Positions 1-9,667 of a stretch of DNA of 64,000 bases are shown in pieces. The notes below the pieces were generated by a model. That model made no database searches. It worked only from the letters and a program-made list of their open reading frames with translations, and was not told the DNA's origin. The DNA comes from a virus. Location: the IMG/VR virus record IMGVR_UViG_3300018080_000009, positions 32,001 through 96,000 of that record. The stretch is one strand, 5' to 3'. Position numbers and translations under genes: made by a program. Each line of letters starts with the position of its first letter. Position 1 is the first letter of the stretch.

Positions 1-348
1 AGTCCAGTATCAGCAACATTCAAGATCAAAAGACATGCTCGTAGACCATATTTACGATTGTTGGTGAAGGACTCTGATGGAAATCCTTTTGACTTCACAG
101 GGGCTTTGAGTGCAAAATTTCAGATGAAGAATTCAGATGGAACGATGGTGATCACTGATGGTGCTGGAGAGATAGAATCACCAGCTACTTCGGGAGTCCT
201 GAGATATGAATGGGAGCCTGGTGACACCGATACTGCTGGTGACTATTATGCAGAATTTGATGTGTCATATGCTGCCAGTGATAATCTGACTTTACCGATT
301 GATGGGGATTTGCTCGTTAAGATAAAAGAAGACGTGAACGATGCGTAA
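1..348 (+). CDS. BppU-like baseplate/virion protein (5'-truncated by window edge)
   Basis: Frame is open from position 1; LVKDSDGNPFDFTG...GVLRYEWEPGDTDTAGDYYAEFDVSY pattern is typical of BppU N-terminal-like domains. Confidence 0.6.
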   Translation, partial: SPVSATFKIKRHARRPYLRLLVKDSDGNPFDFTGALSAKFQMKNSDGTMVITDGAGEIESPATSGVLRYEWEPGDTDTAGDYYAEFDVSYAASDNLTLPIDGDLLVKIKEDVNDA

Positions 349-360
349 TTGGAGGGATAT

Positions 361-1155
361 ATGCCTAGTGTAAGTATTGTCATTGATGTAGCTGGGAAGC
401 CTCCAGGAGTTCCAGGTGTAGGCAGGGAATTTCCCTTTTCGGATATAGAAAGCTCGCCTCCAGAAGTTACACTTTCGTTAGACGATAATACTGGGATCAC
501 AGAGTATTATTGGGAGATTGTATATCAAGAGCCAGAGTGTTCTGCTGTTCTTGATGATCCGACTTCAGCTACTCCGAAATTTACTCCGACAGCAGGGTTT
601 CCAAGCACATATTTAATCCGGTGTGAAGTGAATGGTGGACCAGTATTTGGTACCAATGCTATTGGGTTTTGTACACAGGATCTGGGTATACGGCTTCTTG
701 CTGCTGGCGAGGGATTGGAGTTTGGTTCTGCAGGATGGGTAGCTGCGTACAATGCAGCCATGAAGGTTCTCGATGGATATGGTGGAGCATCCTATGACCA
801 TACGTTTGAATCCGGTTCAGTTCCAGCTCTTGATGAGTGGGTTCAAGAAGTAGATATGGAGAATTCTGTTCTTTCGGGAATCTTTTTGTATATCGAAGTA
901 GTTTTAGACTCAGGCTCGAGTACGAGCACTGATATTGAAGTATGGAATGGTGATCCTAGTGGTAGTGGAGAACTGATTTATCAGAAGTTAGCGAAGGATT
1001 TAGTGGCATCGGATCATGAAGATCCGAATATTTGGTGGAGTACTAAGGACTTTTTAGAAGCAGGAAAATTTTGGTTAAGGCTAGACAATCATGGAGCTGG
1101 AGCTTGTGAGTACAGTTTCAGAGTCAGGTTTAGAGGAGACGTTCCGTCTTCATAG
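361..1155 (+). CDS. Virion structural protein (Ig/PKD-like N-terminal part)
   Basis: ATG at 361 after GGAGG; YYWEIV...LDDPTSATPKFTP PKD-like pattern; tail-module context. Confidence 0.45.
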   Translation: MPSVSIVIDVAGKPPGVPGVGREFPFSDIESSPPEVTLSLDDNTGITEYYWEIVYQEPECSAVLDDPTSATPKFTPTAGFPSTYLIRCEVNGGPVFGTNAIGFCTQDLGIRLLAAGEGLEFGSAGWVAAYNAAMKVLDGYGGASYDHTFESGSVPALDEWVQEVDMENSVLSGIFLYIEVVLDSGSSTSTDIEVWNGDPSGSGELIYQKLAKDLVASDHEDPNIWWSTKDFLEAGKFWLRLDNHGAGACEYSFRVRFRGDVPSS

Positions 1156-1164
1156 GAGGAAGTT

Positions 1165-1365
1165 ATGTCCTTTGGTTTCATAGTAGGTGATACGGTTGAG
1201 GTTGCCTTCACGAACAAAACGATTCAGGGCGAAGTAACACGTATTTCGTCTAAGACTGAAGACGAAGTAGAATGTGGTGTTGTTGAGATTAAGCGTCCTG
1301 GTGGAAGTCATATAGAGATACAGGCCATTGAGGGTAATTTCGATCATATAACAAAGGTGGTGTAA
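1165..1365 (+). CDS. Small hypothetical protein
   Basis: Strong RBS AGGAGG; fills the gap between structural genes. Confidence 0.55.
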   Translation: MSFGFIVGDTVEVAFTNKTIQGEVTRISSKTEDEVECGVVEIKRPGGSHIEIQAIEGNFDHITKVV

Positions 1366-1366
1366 G

Positions 1367-2386
1367 ATGCCTCTACCAACAAAGCTAAAGACCTATAATT
1401 ATCATGTCAATAATGTTTGCACAGAGGCTACGGCTGAGGAGACTGCTGAACATGCTGTGTGGCAGCTGAAAGAATCTTTAATTTCTTTTAGTCAGTGGTC
1501 TGGTGTAGCTTCATGTGATTCGACAGCAGTAAAGAACATAGGTGATGGTGGAGATCTAGATCTATGGGATGATTGGGCTAGTGATATTGTTCACGGTAGC
1601 GGTGCTCACTCATGGATCGTTCTTGAGAATAGTGTCACTGGCGAACAGCTTTGCATAGATTGTCTTGCTACTTGGCCTTACTTGGATGTTGTTTATTCTG
1701 CTACAGGTTCGTTTGCAGCAGATGGAACTACGTCTTCTCGTCCTACTGATACAGAATCTGTCTACATTATCGATGGTAAGCAGTATGTTCCAACGTCAGT
1801 TGATGGAGTAGTTGTTAATGCCATGTGTTCTACTGATGGCAAAATAACTAGAGCCTGGATGTACATGATTGACGGGTCCACAAAGGGTAGTTTTTTCTTT
1901 GGACTTGAAGAGCCAATAGGCGTACCTACTCAATGGAATGCATCAATTCCACGAGCCCTTTTATGCATAGATAGTGCTACTGGGCTTTCGGCTGTTCCAA
2001 CAGCACAGTCACCCAAGCTTTCAGATATAGATGGGACTTCAGAAAAGGTTCCGATGTATTTAACTGACAGCACGCCATATGAGGGTTGGAACTATGCCTA
2101 TTTGACTACGGAGTGTTATCATCAGTGGACTGGCGATCAAGGCAATGCGTGTTATGAACCGAATGTCAACATGGATTGGAATGAGGGCTTTCCGATGACA
2201 GCTTTGGGCATGTTTAGAACAACGTCACCCAGGCAAGGTGGGATGGGTGCGTTTCAAGATGTTTATGCAGGACCAGAACAGCATCAGTCGATAACGACAT
2301 ATCCAAATGACTCGACATATCTTTGGATAAAGATTGGCGGTTTGGTTCTGCCATGGAATGGTTCGGTACCAGTGGAGTCACCGTAA
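1367..2386 (+). CDS. Putative virion structural protein
   Basis: 339 aa, beta-rich, Trp/Gly/Thr-rich; tail-module context. Confidence 0.45.
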   Translation: MPLPTKLKTYNYHVNNVCTEATAEETAEHAVWQLKESLISFSQWSGVASCDSTAVKNIGDGGDLDLWDDWASDIVHGSGAHSWIVLENSVTGEQLCIDCLATWPYLDVVYSATGSFAADGTTSSRPTDTESVYIIDGKQYVPTSVDGVVVNAMCSTDGKITRAWMYMIDGSTKGSFFFGLEEPIGVPTQWNASIPRALLCIDSATGLSAVPTAQSPKLSDIDGTSEKVPMYLTDSTPYEGWNYAYLTTECYHQWTGDQGNACYEPNVNMDWNEGFPMTALGMFRTTSPRQGGMGAFQDVYAGPEQHQSITTYPNDSTYLWIKIGGLVLPWNGSVPVESP

Positions 2387-2565
2387 TGGCACAGAGTGAA
2401 GCAGGAAAAGTAAGTAATATAACAATGGGGCAGCCCCTAGGTGGAACTAAAGATCTTGGTCCAGGCAAGGAGGCCGGTTTGAACCAAGGGATTACCGGTA
2501 TAGTTCCTCCAGCCACAGAGCCAATACGAGATCTTCCGTTGTTGACGAGAAACGAACCAGCGTAG
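2386..2565 (+). CDS. Small hypothetical protein (MAQSEAG...)
   Basis: ATG overlaps the upstream TAA (TAATG coupling); GGAG upstream. Confidence 0.5.
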   Translation: MAQSEAGKVSNITMGQPLGGTKDLGPGKEAGLNQGITGIVPPATEPIRDLPLLTRNEPA

Positions 2566-2572
2566 GAGTAAG

Positions 2573-3814
2573 ATGCCAGGAGCAGGAATAGGAAGATGGG
2601 GTCCAGCAGGTGGTGTTAGTGGTCCGCCTACTGGATATTCATTGGCAGATTTTGACTTTCAGGTGAAAGCTTTAAGTATTGGTTCATCTATCAAGATTAC
2701 TTTCACTACTCCAGCTTTGTCTTATGCTCCTGAATGGGATAGACGACTTAGAATTCTGAGGAAGCAAGGTGAATGGCCAAGGTCTTGGGATGATGCAGAT
2801 GCAGTGGTATCGGTTGACGATGTTTTTCCAGGCCCGGCAGAAGCTGATCATGAATATACAGAGACTGATTTAGTTCCAGGTCAGATTTATTACTATGCTA
2901 TGTACGAGCTGAGAACAGATGGAGCTTGGATTTTAGATACTGTTGAGGGCAGGAGATCAGCATATCCCTATGATCGATGGGGTTTTGCTGAATATTTGTA
3001 CAATTCATTTCCCCGTGGTTGGAGAAGAGCAGATTCTCGTAACGACAATCATTTTCTGAAATTCATTAGTATTTTTGGAGCTCTATTAGACAATATGAAG
3101 ACAGATACTGAACATCTGCTATCTCTCTTCAGTATTGATGATATTCACATTGATTTGCTTCCGCTTTTGGACCAGAAGTTAGGTTGGCCTACGTGGTTTG
3201 CTGCACCAGGATTACAGCAGAGGCAAGATACATCCAGAGCAGTAGGTTTATACAAAATTTTGGGGCGTACTCTTGCTTATGAGAGAATTTTTGAATGGCC
3301 TACGTCTTGGGATTGTGAGGTAGTTCAAGGCTGGAAGTATGTTTTCTTTAGCAATGGCAAGTATGGGAGTACGACTCCTGATCTGTCTACAGTAGCGAAA
3401 CAAGATGAAATAAAGTCCAAGATGGGCCATATAGATGACTTGTTGAAATATACGAACCACAATACTTTTTGGCATTCTGTCAGTGGTTTAGGTTTTTTCT
3501 TGACCAAGATTCCTGGAGTCTCCGCTGAAATAACGATGGAAATGATTTATCGTTGTTGGGAACTTCTTAATTTTGGTATGGCCACGTATGTGAATCCTCA
3601 TTTGATGCTGGTCATGTATGATGAGGAGGTAATGGGACCTCCAGTTGATGATTGGGAGGGTTCAGTTTCCTATGCCGAAGGTCCGTTTGAGTTTACTGAA
3701 GAAGACTTGGGGTATACTACGGGAAGTGTTAGACTATTCCAGAGCAATGATGCTCTTAGTGTTTCGACAGATTTGGGTGATCGGACATTTCACAAAGATT
3801 TGGAGTATGTGTAA
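2573..3814 (+). CDS. Baseplate wedge / phage tail protein (P2 gpI-like domain)
   Basis: LYNSFPRGWRRAD...FLKFISIFG...LLPLLDQKLGW...AVGLYKILGRT resembles the Tail_P2_I-type wedge domain. Confidence 0.6.
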   Translation: MPGAGIGRWGPAGGVSGPPTGYSLADFDFQVKALSIGSSIKITFTTPALSYAPEWDRRLRILRKQGEWPRSWDDADAVVSVDDVFPGPAEADHEYTETDLVPGQIYYYAMYELRTDGAWILDTVEGRRSAYPYDRWGFAEYLYNSFPRGWRRADSRNDNHFLKFISIFGALLDNMKTDTEHLLSLFSIDDIHIDLLPLLDQKLGWPTWFAAPGLQQRQDTSRAVGLYKILGRTLAYERIFEWPTSWDCEVVQGWKYVFFSNGKYGSTTPDLSTVAKQDEIKSKMGHIDDLLKYTNHNTFWHSVSGLGFFLTKIPGVSAEITMEMIYRCWELLNFGMATYVNPHLMLVMYDEEVMGPPVDDWEGSVSYAEGPFEFTEEDLGYTTGSVRLFQSNDALSVSTDLGDRTFHKDLEYV

Positions 3815-4425
3815 TGGGAAAGATTTTGACAGAAAATGGTCCTCGAATCCTTGATTGCCATCAGGGCATAGTTCGTCAGGTATTCAATGAAAAATGCCTT
3901 CGTATAGTTGGGGAGTGGTTTGATAAAATTCGGTATCTAGATGGATCTGTGGAGTATGGAGAACATGGTGAGTTTGAGTGGGGAGACAATCAGATTCAGA
4001 ACACTTTTGCTACGTTGATAGCGTGTTGGGCTAGGGCAGAGTCCGGGTATGATCGTATTAATTATTTTGCAGTAGGTTCAGGTCTTGTATCTTGGGATAC
4101 GACCCCGCCTACTCAGCCATATACAGATACAACTTTGACTATGGAATATTTCCGTAAGGCTATAGCTCAGTCGAGCATCATTTTTATTGACCCGTCTACG
4201 AATATTCCAACTGGTGGAGTTCCAAGTTCTAAGATAGAGATCGATGTGACTTTGCTTACGACTGAAGCAAACGGTACGATGCGTGAGTTTGGGTTGTTTG
4301 GAGGAACAGCTACAGCAACTTTGGATTCGGGAGAAATGGTAGACTGGATTGTACATTCTAGAATTGATAAAGATTCTTCGATGGAAATCGACAGGAAAGT
4401 ACGAATCGAGTTTGAGACAAACTAG
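3814..4425 (+). CDS. Tail fibre attachment / baseplate protein
   Basis: INYFAVGSG...EYFRKAI...EANGTMREFGLFGG...RIDKDSSMEI motif of tail-fibre N-terminal/attachment domains. Confidence 0.6.
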   Translation: MGKILTENGPRILDCHQGIVRQVFNEKCLRIVGEWFDKIRYLDGSVEYGEHGEFEWGDNQIQNTFATLIACWARAESGYDRINYFAVGSGLVSWDTTPPTQPYTDTTLTMEYFRKAIAQSSIIFIDPSTNIPTGGVPSSKIEIDVTLLTTEANGTMREFGLFGGTATATLDSGEMVDWIVHSRIDKDSSMEIDRKVRIEFETN

Positions 4426-4435
4426 GAGATAAACA

Positions 4436-6718
4436 ATGGCAGGCAATACACCGAACGTAAGTTACACCAGTTTTGATTGGTCAAAGCTGAATGATTTGGT
4501 TGTGCTCCAGCAGGGAGTTCCGATTCCAGATAATGATTGGAATGAGGCGGATGCGATAGCTTTAGCCAATATGACCATGTTGATTGCCGATGTATTTGGT
4601 GATCTCCGAATACAGCCTCATTCTGGAGGCAAGTCTACGGGTTTGCCATACGGAATAGCTGAAGCTACTTCACCGTCATTGAATTTTGAAATTCAAGCTG
4701 GATGGGCTTTAGTCAAGGGTGTTTTGGTCCCTACAGTTATGGGAGACCCACCTACAGCGCATGATTATGAAGACGATACCAATTATATCTGTAGTGGTAC
4801 GATTACGACAGTTTCGTCTCCAAATATTACGGATACAGATAAGAATTGGACTACAGATTATAGTCTAGCAAACTGTCGTATGAAGATGACTTCGGGAGCT
4901 GAAAGTGGGAATACATTTACGATTGTTTCCAGAGTATCGGCAACAGAATTGCAACTTTCGAGTGTAGGTTCAATAGCTCCTACGGATACGTACATCATAA
5001 AGCCACCTGTTCTGACCACAGCAGGTTTGTTGGGAAGAACTGATGAAGTCTATCTAGCCGTATGGTGGGAAGACATCAATGAGAATGAAGATTCGTCCAT
5101 AGTAAATCCAGGTCTTGGTGTAGAAACTACTCACAGATCTAGACGTCGATGGTGTGTACGTGTTGCTGAAGGTGGGAGTACTCCGACATCGAGTACCAGG
5201 CATGGATTTGGTTTCCGTTATATGACATTGGCTACTCTTGTTAGAACGGGTCTGAATATCACTGAGGCCATGATTACGAATGAAGATAACATCCTTGGCC
5301 GAATAGACATGATTGGTCCAGATATTAAGACGTGGCTGGATGAGTATTATGCTGAGCCAGTAGCAATAGACCAAGCTGCTTTGACCCCAGCAGAAACTGG
5401 TACTCATACAGGTTTTAGTAGTTCAGATAATCTAGTTGATAGTACTAAGTCATGGACTACAGATGAATGGGTTGGTCGTACGATTGTAAATGTTACTGAT
5501 GGATTCACTGCTAGAATTACAGCAAATACGGCTACTGGTGCTACGACTGAGAATAAGAAGGGTGGTTCTGAACGTGATTGGGATAATGGAGATAGCTATC
5601 AGATCTTCGAGAATGAATTTCAGCTCACAGGAACTTTTTATGTAGGAAAAGGCCCGTCAGGTACTGCGGGAAGATATTTCTCAGCCAGAGATGCGAATGA
5701 TCCTGGTGAAGGTTTCTACGAAGGAGTTGTTCGTGGCAAAGGTAGTGGAGTTTATTTCGATGTGTATGATAGCACTAATACGACTCTTTTGAATCCTGCT
5801 GTAGATGCAGATGATAATGGATTCTATACAGATCCGTATCTCAGGGCTTATCGTGATGATCGTCCAGCTTCAAATTATGAAGCAGTTATCAATACTGGTA
5901 CAAAGATAGTCTGTTATCAGAGGAAAGCTCGAAATTTACTGTCTAATGAGCCAGCATATGCTTTCCCTCTAGCTGGATTGACTCAAGAGTGGATGGTGTG
6001 TTCCGGCATGGCCATGCGTCAGTTAGATGGAGATCCAGATACGATTTCAACTGGTGTTTTAGCTACAGTTCTTGAAGATTTGCTTGCGGTTGCGAATGAT
6101 CGTGTTCGCAAAGATTTGGCAGATACAATAACAGCTTCTCATACGTTTGATAGTGTTTCAGATAGTAAAGGCCAGCTTTGGGTATCAAAATGGGTAGGTA
6201 TGGAGGCGAGTACTCCATATGATGGATTTGGTACAGAATACTATCCAGATGCGACATCAAAATATGACTATTCAAATAATAATTTTGGATTCTTGTTAGA
6301 TGAAGTTGGGGATTTCGTTTTCTTCAGTGAATTTTTGCCCTCGGAGTATGAGTCTGGAGAACGTTTAGTTATTCATTCGTATTTCAGGCTGAAAAATGCA
6401 GAGACTGCTTCTAATAAGATTTATGCTCGATTGCATGCTGATATTTTTTCAGACCATGACACAGCTGCTTCTGTAAGTGATACTCGTTCTGTACCTCATA
6501 ACATCGGTAGTAATAATGCTGCGAATACCGTTCATGAAGTAATTTTCGTAGTGAATAATTCAAATCTACGTCCACTAGATGTATGTAAATTCAGGGTAAT
6601 GCTTTACGATGTGATCTCTGGAGATGCAGTCACAGAAGCGATATATCTTGGTTCCAGGGTTAGATATAGGGCCAACAAAATTGCTCAAGCGTTCACTTCC
6701 TGGCCATCAGAGGGTTAG
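4436..6718 (+). CDS. Tail fibre / receptor-binding protein
   Basis: 760 aa; N-terminal VVLQQGVPIPDNDWNE and VYLAVWWEDI...GVETTHRSRRRWCVRV (DUF6519-like); two internal D-x-x-K-x-WTTD repeats. Confidence 0.65.
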   Translation: MAGNTPNVSYTSFDWSKLNDLVVLQQGVPIPDNDWNEADAIALANMTMLIADVFGDLRIQPHSGGKSTGLPYGIAEATSPSLNFEIQAGWALVKGVLVPTVMGDPPTAHDYEDDTNYICSGTITTVSSPNITDTDKNWTTDYSLANCRMKMTSGAESGNTFTIVSRVSATELQLSSVGSIAPTDTYIIKPPVLTTAGLLGRTDEVYLAVWWEDINENEDSSIVNPGLGVETTHRSRRRWCVRVAEGGSTPTSSTRHGFGFRYMTLATLVRTGLNITEAMITNEDNILGRIDMIGPDIKTWLDEYYAEPVAIDQAALTPAETGTHTGFSSSDNLVDSTKSWTTDEWVGRTIVNVTDGFTARITANTATGATTENKKGGSERDWDNGDSYQIFENEFQLTGTFYVGKGPSGTAGRYFSARDANDPGEGFYEGVVRGKGSGVYFDVYDSTNTTLLNPAVDADDNGFYTDPYLRAYRDDRPASNYEAVINTGTKIVCYQRKARNLLSNEPAYAFPLAGLTQEWMVCSGMAMRQLDGDPDTISTGVLATVLEDLLAVANDRVRKDLADTITASHTFDSVSDSKGQLWVSKWVGMEASTPYDGFGTEYYPDATSKYDYSNNNFGFLLDEVGDFVFFSEFLPSEYESGERLVIHSYFRLKNAETASNKIYARLHADIFSDHDTAASVSDTRSVPHNIGSNNAANTVHEVIFVVNNSNLRPLDVCKFRVMLYDVISGDAVTEAIYLGSRVRYRANKIAQAFTSWPSEG

Positions 6719-6807
6719 TCAGTAGTTGTACCCTTCCGATCTTTAGTGTAAGCTTTAGTTATTACGCCATTGTCTCAGGCTAATGGGACGGAAGGAGGTT
6801 AGAGCGG

Positions 6808-7335
6808 ATGGGCCAGATGCTACGAAAACTGGACATCATTGCACTGACTGCAAGTAAATCTGCAGCAGACAAGCTCGCAGAATTTTTGCAGAATGCAAAA
6901 GCAGACATAGTGTCTGCAATCGCAGGTGATACGATTTATCATCAAGGGACTTTAGATGGGGACACGACCACATTAGCGGATGCCACAGTTCTGGCCTCTG
7001 TTATAGCCTTAGCGAATGAGCTCAAGGGTCTTTTGAATACTCACTTGCCTTCGACAGGTAATGGGGGTGTTCATAGAGCTGCCAGTGCGGAGGAAATCAC
7101 GTCTCCAGATGCAGACGATCAAGCAAGTGCGAATCTGCTTCTTAACGAAATGAAGGCAGATTACAACACGCATTTGTCGGAGTCTGGGGTTCACGTTAAT
7201 GATGATACGACCAATACAGTTACAGCAGCAAATGCAACTGATTTGGGTACATCAGTAACGTTAGTGAATGACATCAAGGCAGTTTACAATGCTCATGTTA
7301 TCGTGAGTATATCAATGGGCTTTATTCAGTCCTAG
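6808..7335 (+). CDS. Repeat-containing putative virion protein
   Basis: Three ~41-aa repeats ending NELKGLLNTHL / NEMKADYNTHL / NDIKAVYNAHV; RBS AAGGAGG. Confidence 0.5.
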   Translation: MGQMLRKLDIIALTASKSAADKLAEFLQNAKADIVSAIAGDTIYHQGTLDGDTTTLADATVLASVIALANELKGLLNTHLPSTGNGGVHRAASAEEITSPDADDQASANLLLNEMKADYNTHLSESGVHVNDDTTNTVTAANATDLGTSVTLVNDIKAVYNAHVIVSISMGFIQS

Positions 7336-7357
7336 AAGGTAAGGAAGGAGAAATAAA

Positions 7358-7747
7358 ATGGCAACTTTGCAAGTTGGTTACAACATTTTCAAAGCCCCGA
7401 CTCAGGCCGGGACAGATGATGGCACTCCGGGTGTTCTGCAGGCAGAAACCGCAGTAACCGGAAAGCACAAAGTCAGAGTTCAGAGAACTTCAGACAGCAA
7501 TTATTGGAATAATTCGACTCCAGGTTGGCAAGCTGGTGCTCCTGCCGAAGCTGATGAGCTGGATTTTGTGGGTTCTTATTCTCCCAGTGGAAGAGGAATC
7601 GAGAATTCAGTCCGCAGGTTGGAGATGAGATTGCCCCAAGCAGTTCTGGACGGTATTACCAGTGATGCAGCAATTCTAACTGTGTACGGAACTGGTCTTA
7701 CGCCAGCTGGTGGTAAGGCTATTACAGTAGATTTCGCTTCTCTGTAG
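7358..7747 (+). CDS. Hypothetical (possible virion) protein
   Basis: RBS AAGGAG; 129 aa. Confidence 0.5.
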   Translation: MATLQVGYNIFKAPTQAGTDDGTPGVLQAETAVTGKHKVRVQRTSDSNYWNNSTPGWQAGAPAEADELDFVGSYSPSGRGIENSVRRLEMRLPQAVLDGITSDAAILTVYGTGLTPAGGKAITVDFASL

Positions 7748-7801
7748 ACATTCTGTAAGTTAGACATTCCTTAGACATTCTTTTAGACATTTCTAGACAT
7801 T
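7745..7801. repeat. Five direct copies of TAGACATT
   Basis: Copies start at 7745, 7761, 7772, 7784, 7794. Confidence 0.85.
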
Positions 7802-7843
7802 TGTCCGATAATAGGTGTGTAATTTCAGCAGGAAGGATGGGCT

Positions 7844-8119
7844 ATGGCTGAGAAGAAAAAGAAACAAGTCACAAGGGGTGGTAAGCTATCCCAAGCTACG
7901 AGGAAGCAAATTAGTAATAGGGAAGACATGCCTGCATCGGCTTTTTTGGTTCCGAGTGAAAAGAAATATCCGGTCAAGAAAAAGAATCCAAAGACAGGAA
8001 GATGGGAATTTGATCCGAATCTGTTATTAGCTGCAAAGAGGAGAGCAGTTACCCAGAGAGATCCTGCCATAGCTTCCAAAGCAGGAGCTTTATTGACCAG
8101 AGTTACAGGAAAGAAGTAA
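7844..8119 (+). CDS. Small basic phage protein
   Basis: Lys/Arg-rich; REDMPASAFLVPSEKKYPV motif of a type seen in phage head-associated proteins. Confidence 0.5.
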   Translation: MAEKKKKQVTRGGKLSQATRKQISNREDMPASAFLVPSEKKYPVKKKNPKTGRWEFDPNLLLAAKRRAVTQRDPAIASKAGALLTRVTGKK

Positions 8120-8167
8120 TTTTTCGATAATTCTTGTGTTAGACTATCTTGTAGTGGATACTAGGTG

Positions 8168-8275
8168 TGTCCTGAAGATTTGAGTGGGCCAATGATTACC
8201 AGCCGATTTGGAATAATCTTGATGAGTCCTCATCGCCCCAAGAAGGATTGTTCTGTCACTTAAATCTTCGGGATA
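8168..8275 (+). ncRNA. Candidate structured RNA upstream of holin-like gene
   Basis: 17-bp stem 8170-8186/8257-8273 with two G-U pairs; nested 10-bp stem 8211-8220/8244-8253; GATGAG/CTCATC hairpin. Confidence 0.5.
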
Positions 8276-8291
8276 GCTTTTAAAGGAGGAA

Positions 8292-8666
8292 ATGATGGAA
8301 GAGACATGGACGTTCGTACAAGAGAAGTTGTTGGTTCATTGGCCATTTTTGGCATTCGTCATTGTGAATTCAGTTCTTGCCCAGATTTTGAAGACACAAG
8401 TTCTGACTAAGGACCTCGCAGCCAAAAGCAAGACCGTCTTCTGGCTCCGTAGAGTCATGCCTTTACTTCTCATACTCCTGGGCCTAATAGTCGGGGTACT
8501 GTGGCCTGGAAGCCCGTCTCCAGGGGTTACAGAGCCCATGCACAAGGCTTGGTACTTCATGGGAGCTGCTTGTGTGTCGATAGCTGGGTACAATGCTTTC
8601 CGAAATTGGATAAAAAGGAAGTACGACATTGATCTTGGAAGTAATACTGAACCACCTAAGGGTTAG
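8292..8666 (+). CDS. Holin-like membrane protein
   Basis: 124 aa, three hydrophobic segments, charged C-terminus; RBS AAGGAGG. Confidence 0.55.
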   Translation: MMEETWTFVQEKLLVHWPFLAFVIVNSVLAQILKTQVLTKDLAAKSKTVFWLRRVMPLLLILLGLIVGVLWPGSPSPGVTEPMHKAWYFMGAACVSIAGYNAFRNWIKRKYDIDLGSNTEPPKG

Positions 8667-8673
8667 TCACTGC

Positions 8674-8702
8674 TTGACAAAACCTTAAGTATATATTAAT
8701 TT
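8674..8702 (+). promoter_or_regulatory. Sigma70-type promoter, phage consensus copy 1
   Basis: TTGACA-17-TAATTT; shares the TTGACAAAAC start with four other intergenic sites. Confidence 0.7.
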
Positions 8703-8753
8703 CTCCTCATGCCTTATTTTCGGGGCAAATTTTCCATAGAAGTAGGTATGTAA

Positions 8754-9233
8754 ATGGTGACGAAAGCCCTAAGAGGTGCACCGGTACCACGTGACAAGGC
8801 TGAGAATATTGGCCAAGATTTCATGATCAATTGCCCAACGTCTTGGTCTTTTGCTGGTTCCATTCGAAGGAAGAAAGAAGAAGTAGGGAATATTGATATT
8901 GTGGCAATCCGTGGAGATTGGATACTTGAGTGGTTACTCATAAAGTTTGGCATGTCAGTAAAGGATACTCCAAAGACTTATGGAAAAGTAGAGGGTGTGT
9001 ACATAGATGTCTATTTGGCTGAAGATGAAGATTGGGGATCTCAGATCCTACGATGGACAGGACCAAGATCTTTCAATTCCAAATTACAGCTTAGAGCCAA
9101 GCATAGGGATCTTGTTTTAAATCAATATGGTCTGTTTAGCATCCGTGACAGGAAAATGATTGCCGGCCAGACTGAAGAAGGAATATTCCAAGCATTAGGG
9201 ATGTCTTGGATCCGACCAGAGGATAGGGAATAA
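8754..9233 (+). CDS. Minimal family X DNA polymerase-like protein (palm + thumb only)
   Basis: AGSIRR...GNIDIV, IDVY, WTGPRSFN, LNQYGLF, TEEGIFQALGMSWIRPEDRE are PolX motifs; first catalytic Asp is Asn. Confidence 0.8.
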   Translation: MVTKALRGAPVPRDKAENIGQDFMINCPTSWSFAGSIRRKKEEVGNIDIVAIRGDWILEWLLIKFGMSVKDTPKTYGKVEGVYIDVYLAEDEDWGSQILRWTGPRSFNSKLQLRAKHRDLVLNQYGLFSIRDRKMIAGQTEEGIFQALGMSWIRPEDRE

Positions 9234-9667
9234 TGAGATTATGGCATCAGTCATTGATACCTTTTCTTCCTAGACAGCAGCTTTTAGGGCAGCATAGAGA
9301 ATGCTGTGCTCTTAGGGGAAATGGGTGGGACAAGAAACATTCGACTGTAGATTATGCTTTTAAGTATTCTCCGTTTCGGTTGTTTGAGTTTCATCTTGTT
9401 GTCATGTATGAGATGTTGAATCGTAATTATAATGTTGAAGCTGCTTGGTTCAGTCCATATTACCGCGGAAAGAATTGTTATCCGTGGTTACCCAGAGAAT
9501 GTTGGGCTGCTGATGGTGCTTGGATAGGGCCAGGTAAAACGGTTTATTTAGAACATGATGATGAGTACCTTAAAGAATGTTTAGAGAATCTTAAAGGTAA
9601 AGGGATAAATATTTGTGCTGCTGAATTAGAGGACAATAATGAGATCCAGATTCAGGATGTGGGATAA
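9233..9667 (+). CDS. TIGR02328-family protein (pyrimidine-dimer glycosylase/DenV-like superfamily)
   Basis: MRLWHQSLIPFLPRQQLLGQHRECCALRGNGWDKKHSTVDY signature. Confidence 0.85.
   Translation: MRLWHQSLIPFLPRQQLLGQHRECCALRGNGWDKKHSTVDYAFKYSPFRLFEFHLVVMYEMLNRNYNVEAAWFSPYYRGKNCYPWLPRECWAADGAWIGPGKTVYLEHDDEYLKECLENLKGKGINICAAELEDNNEIQIQDVG

Noticed and set aside
8168-8275. 6S RNA (GGGCCA...AGCCGAT resembles the E. coli 6S 5' strand)
   Set aside because: Only ~110 nt, with no matching 3' strand or symmetric central bubble; kept as an unassigned structure.
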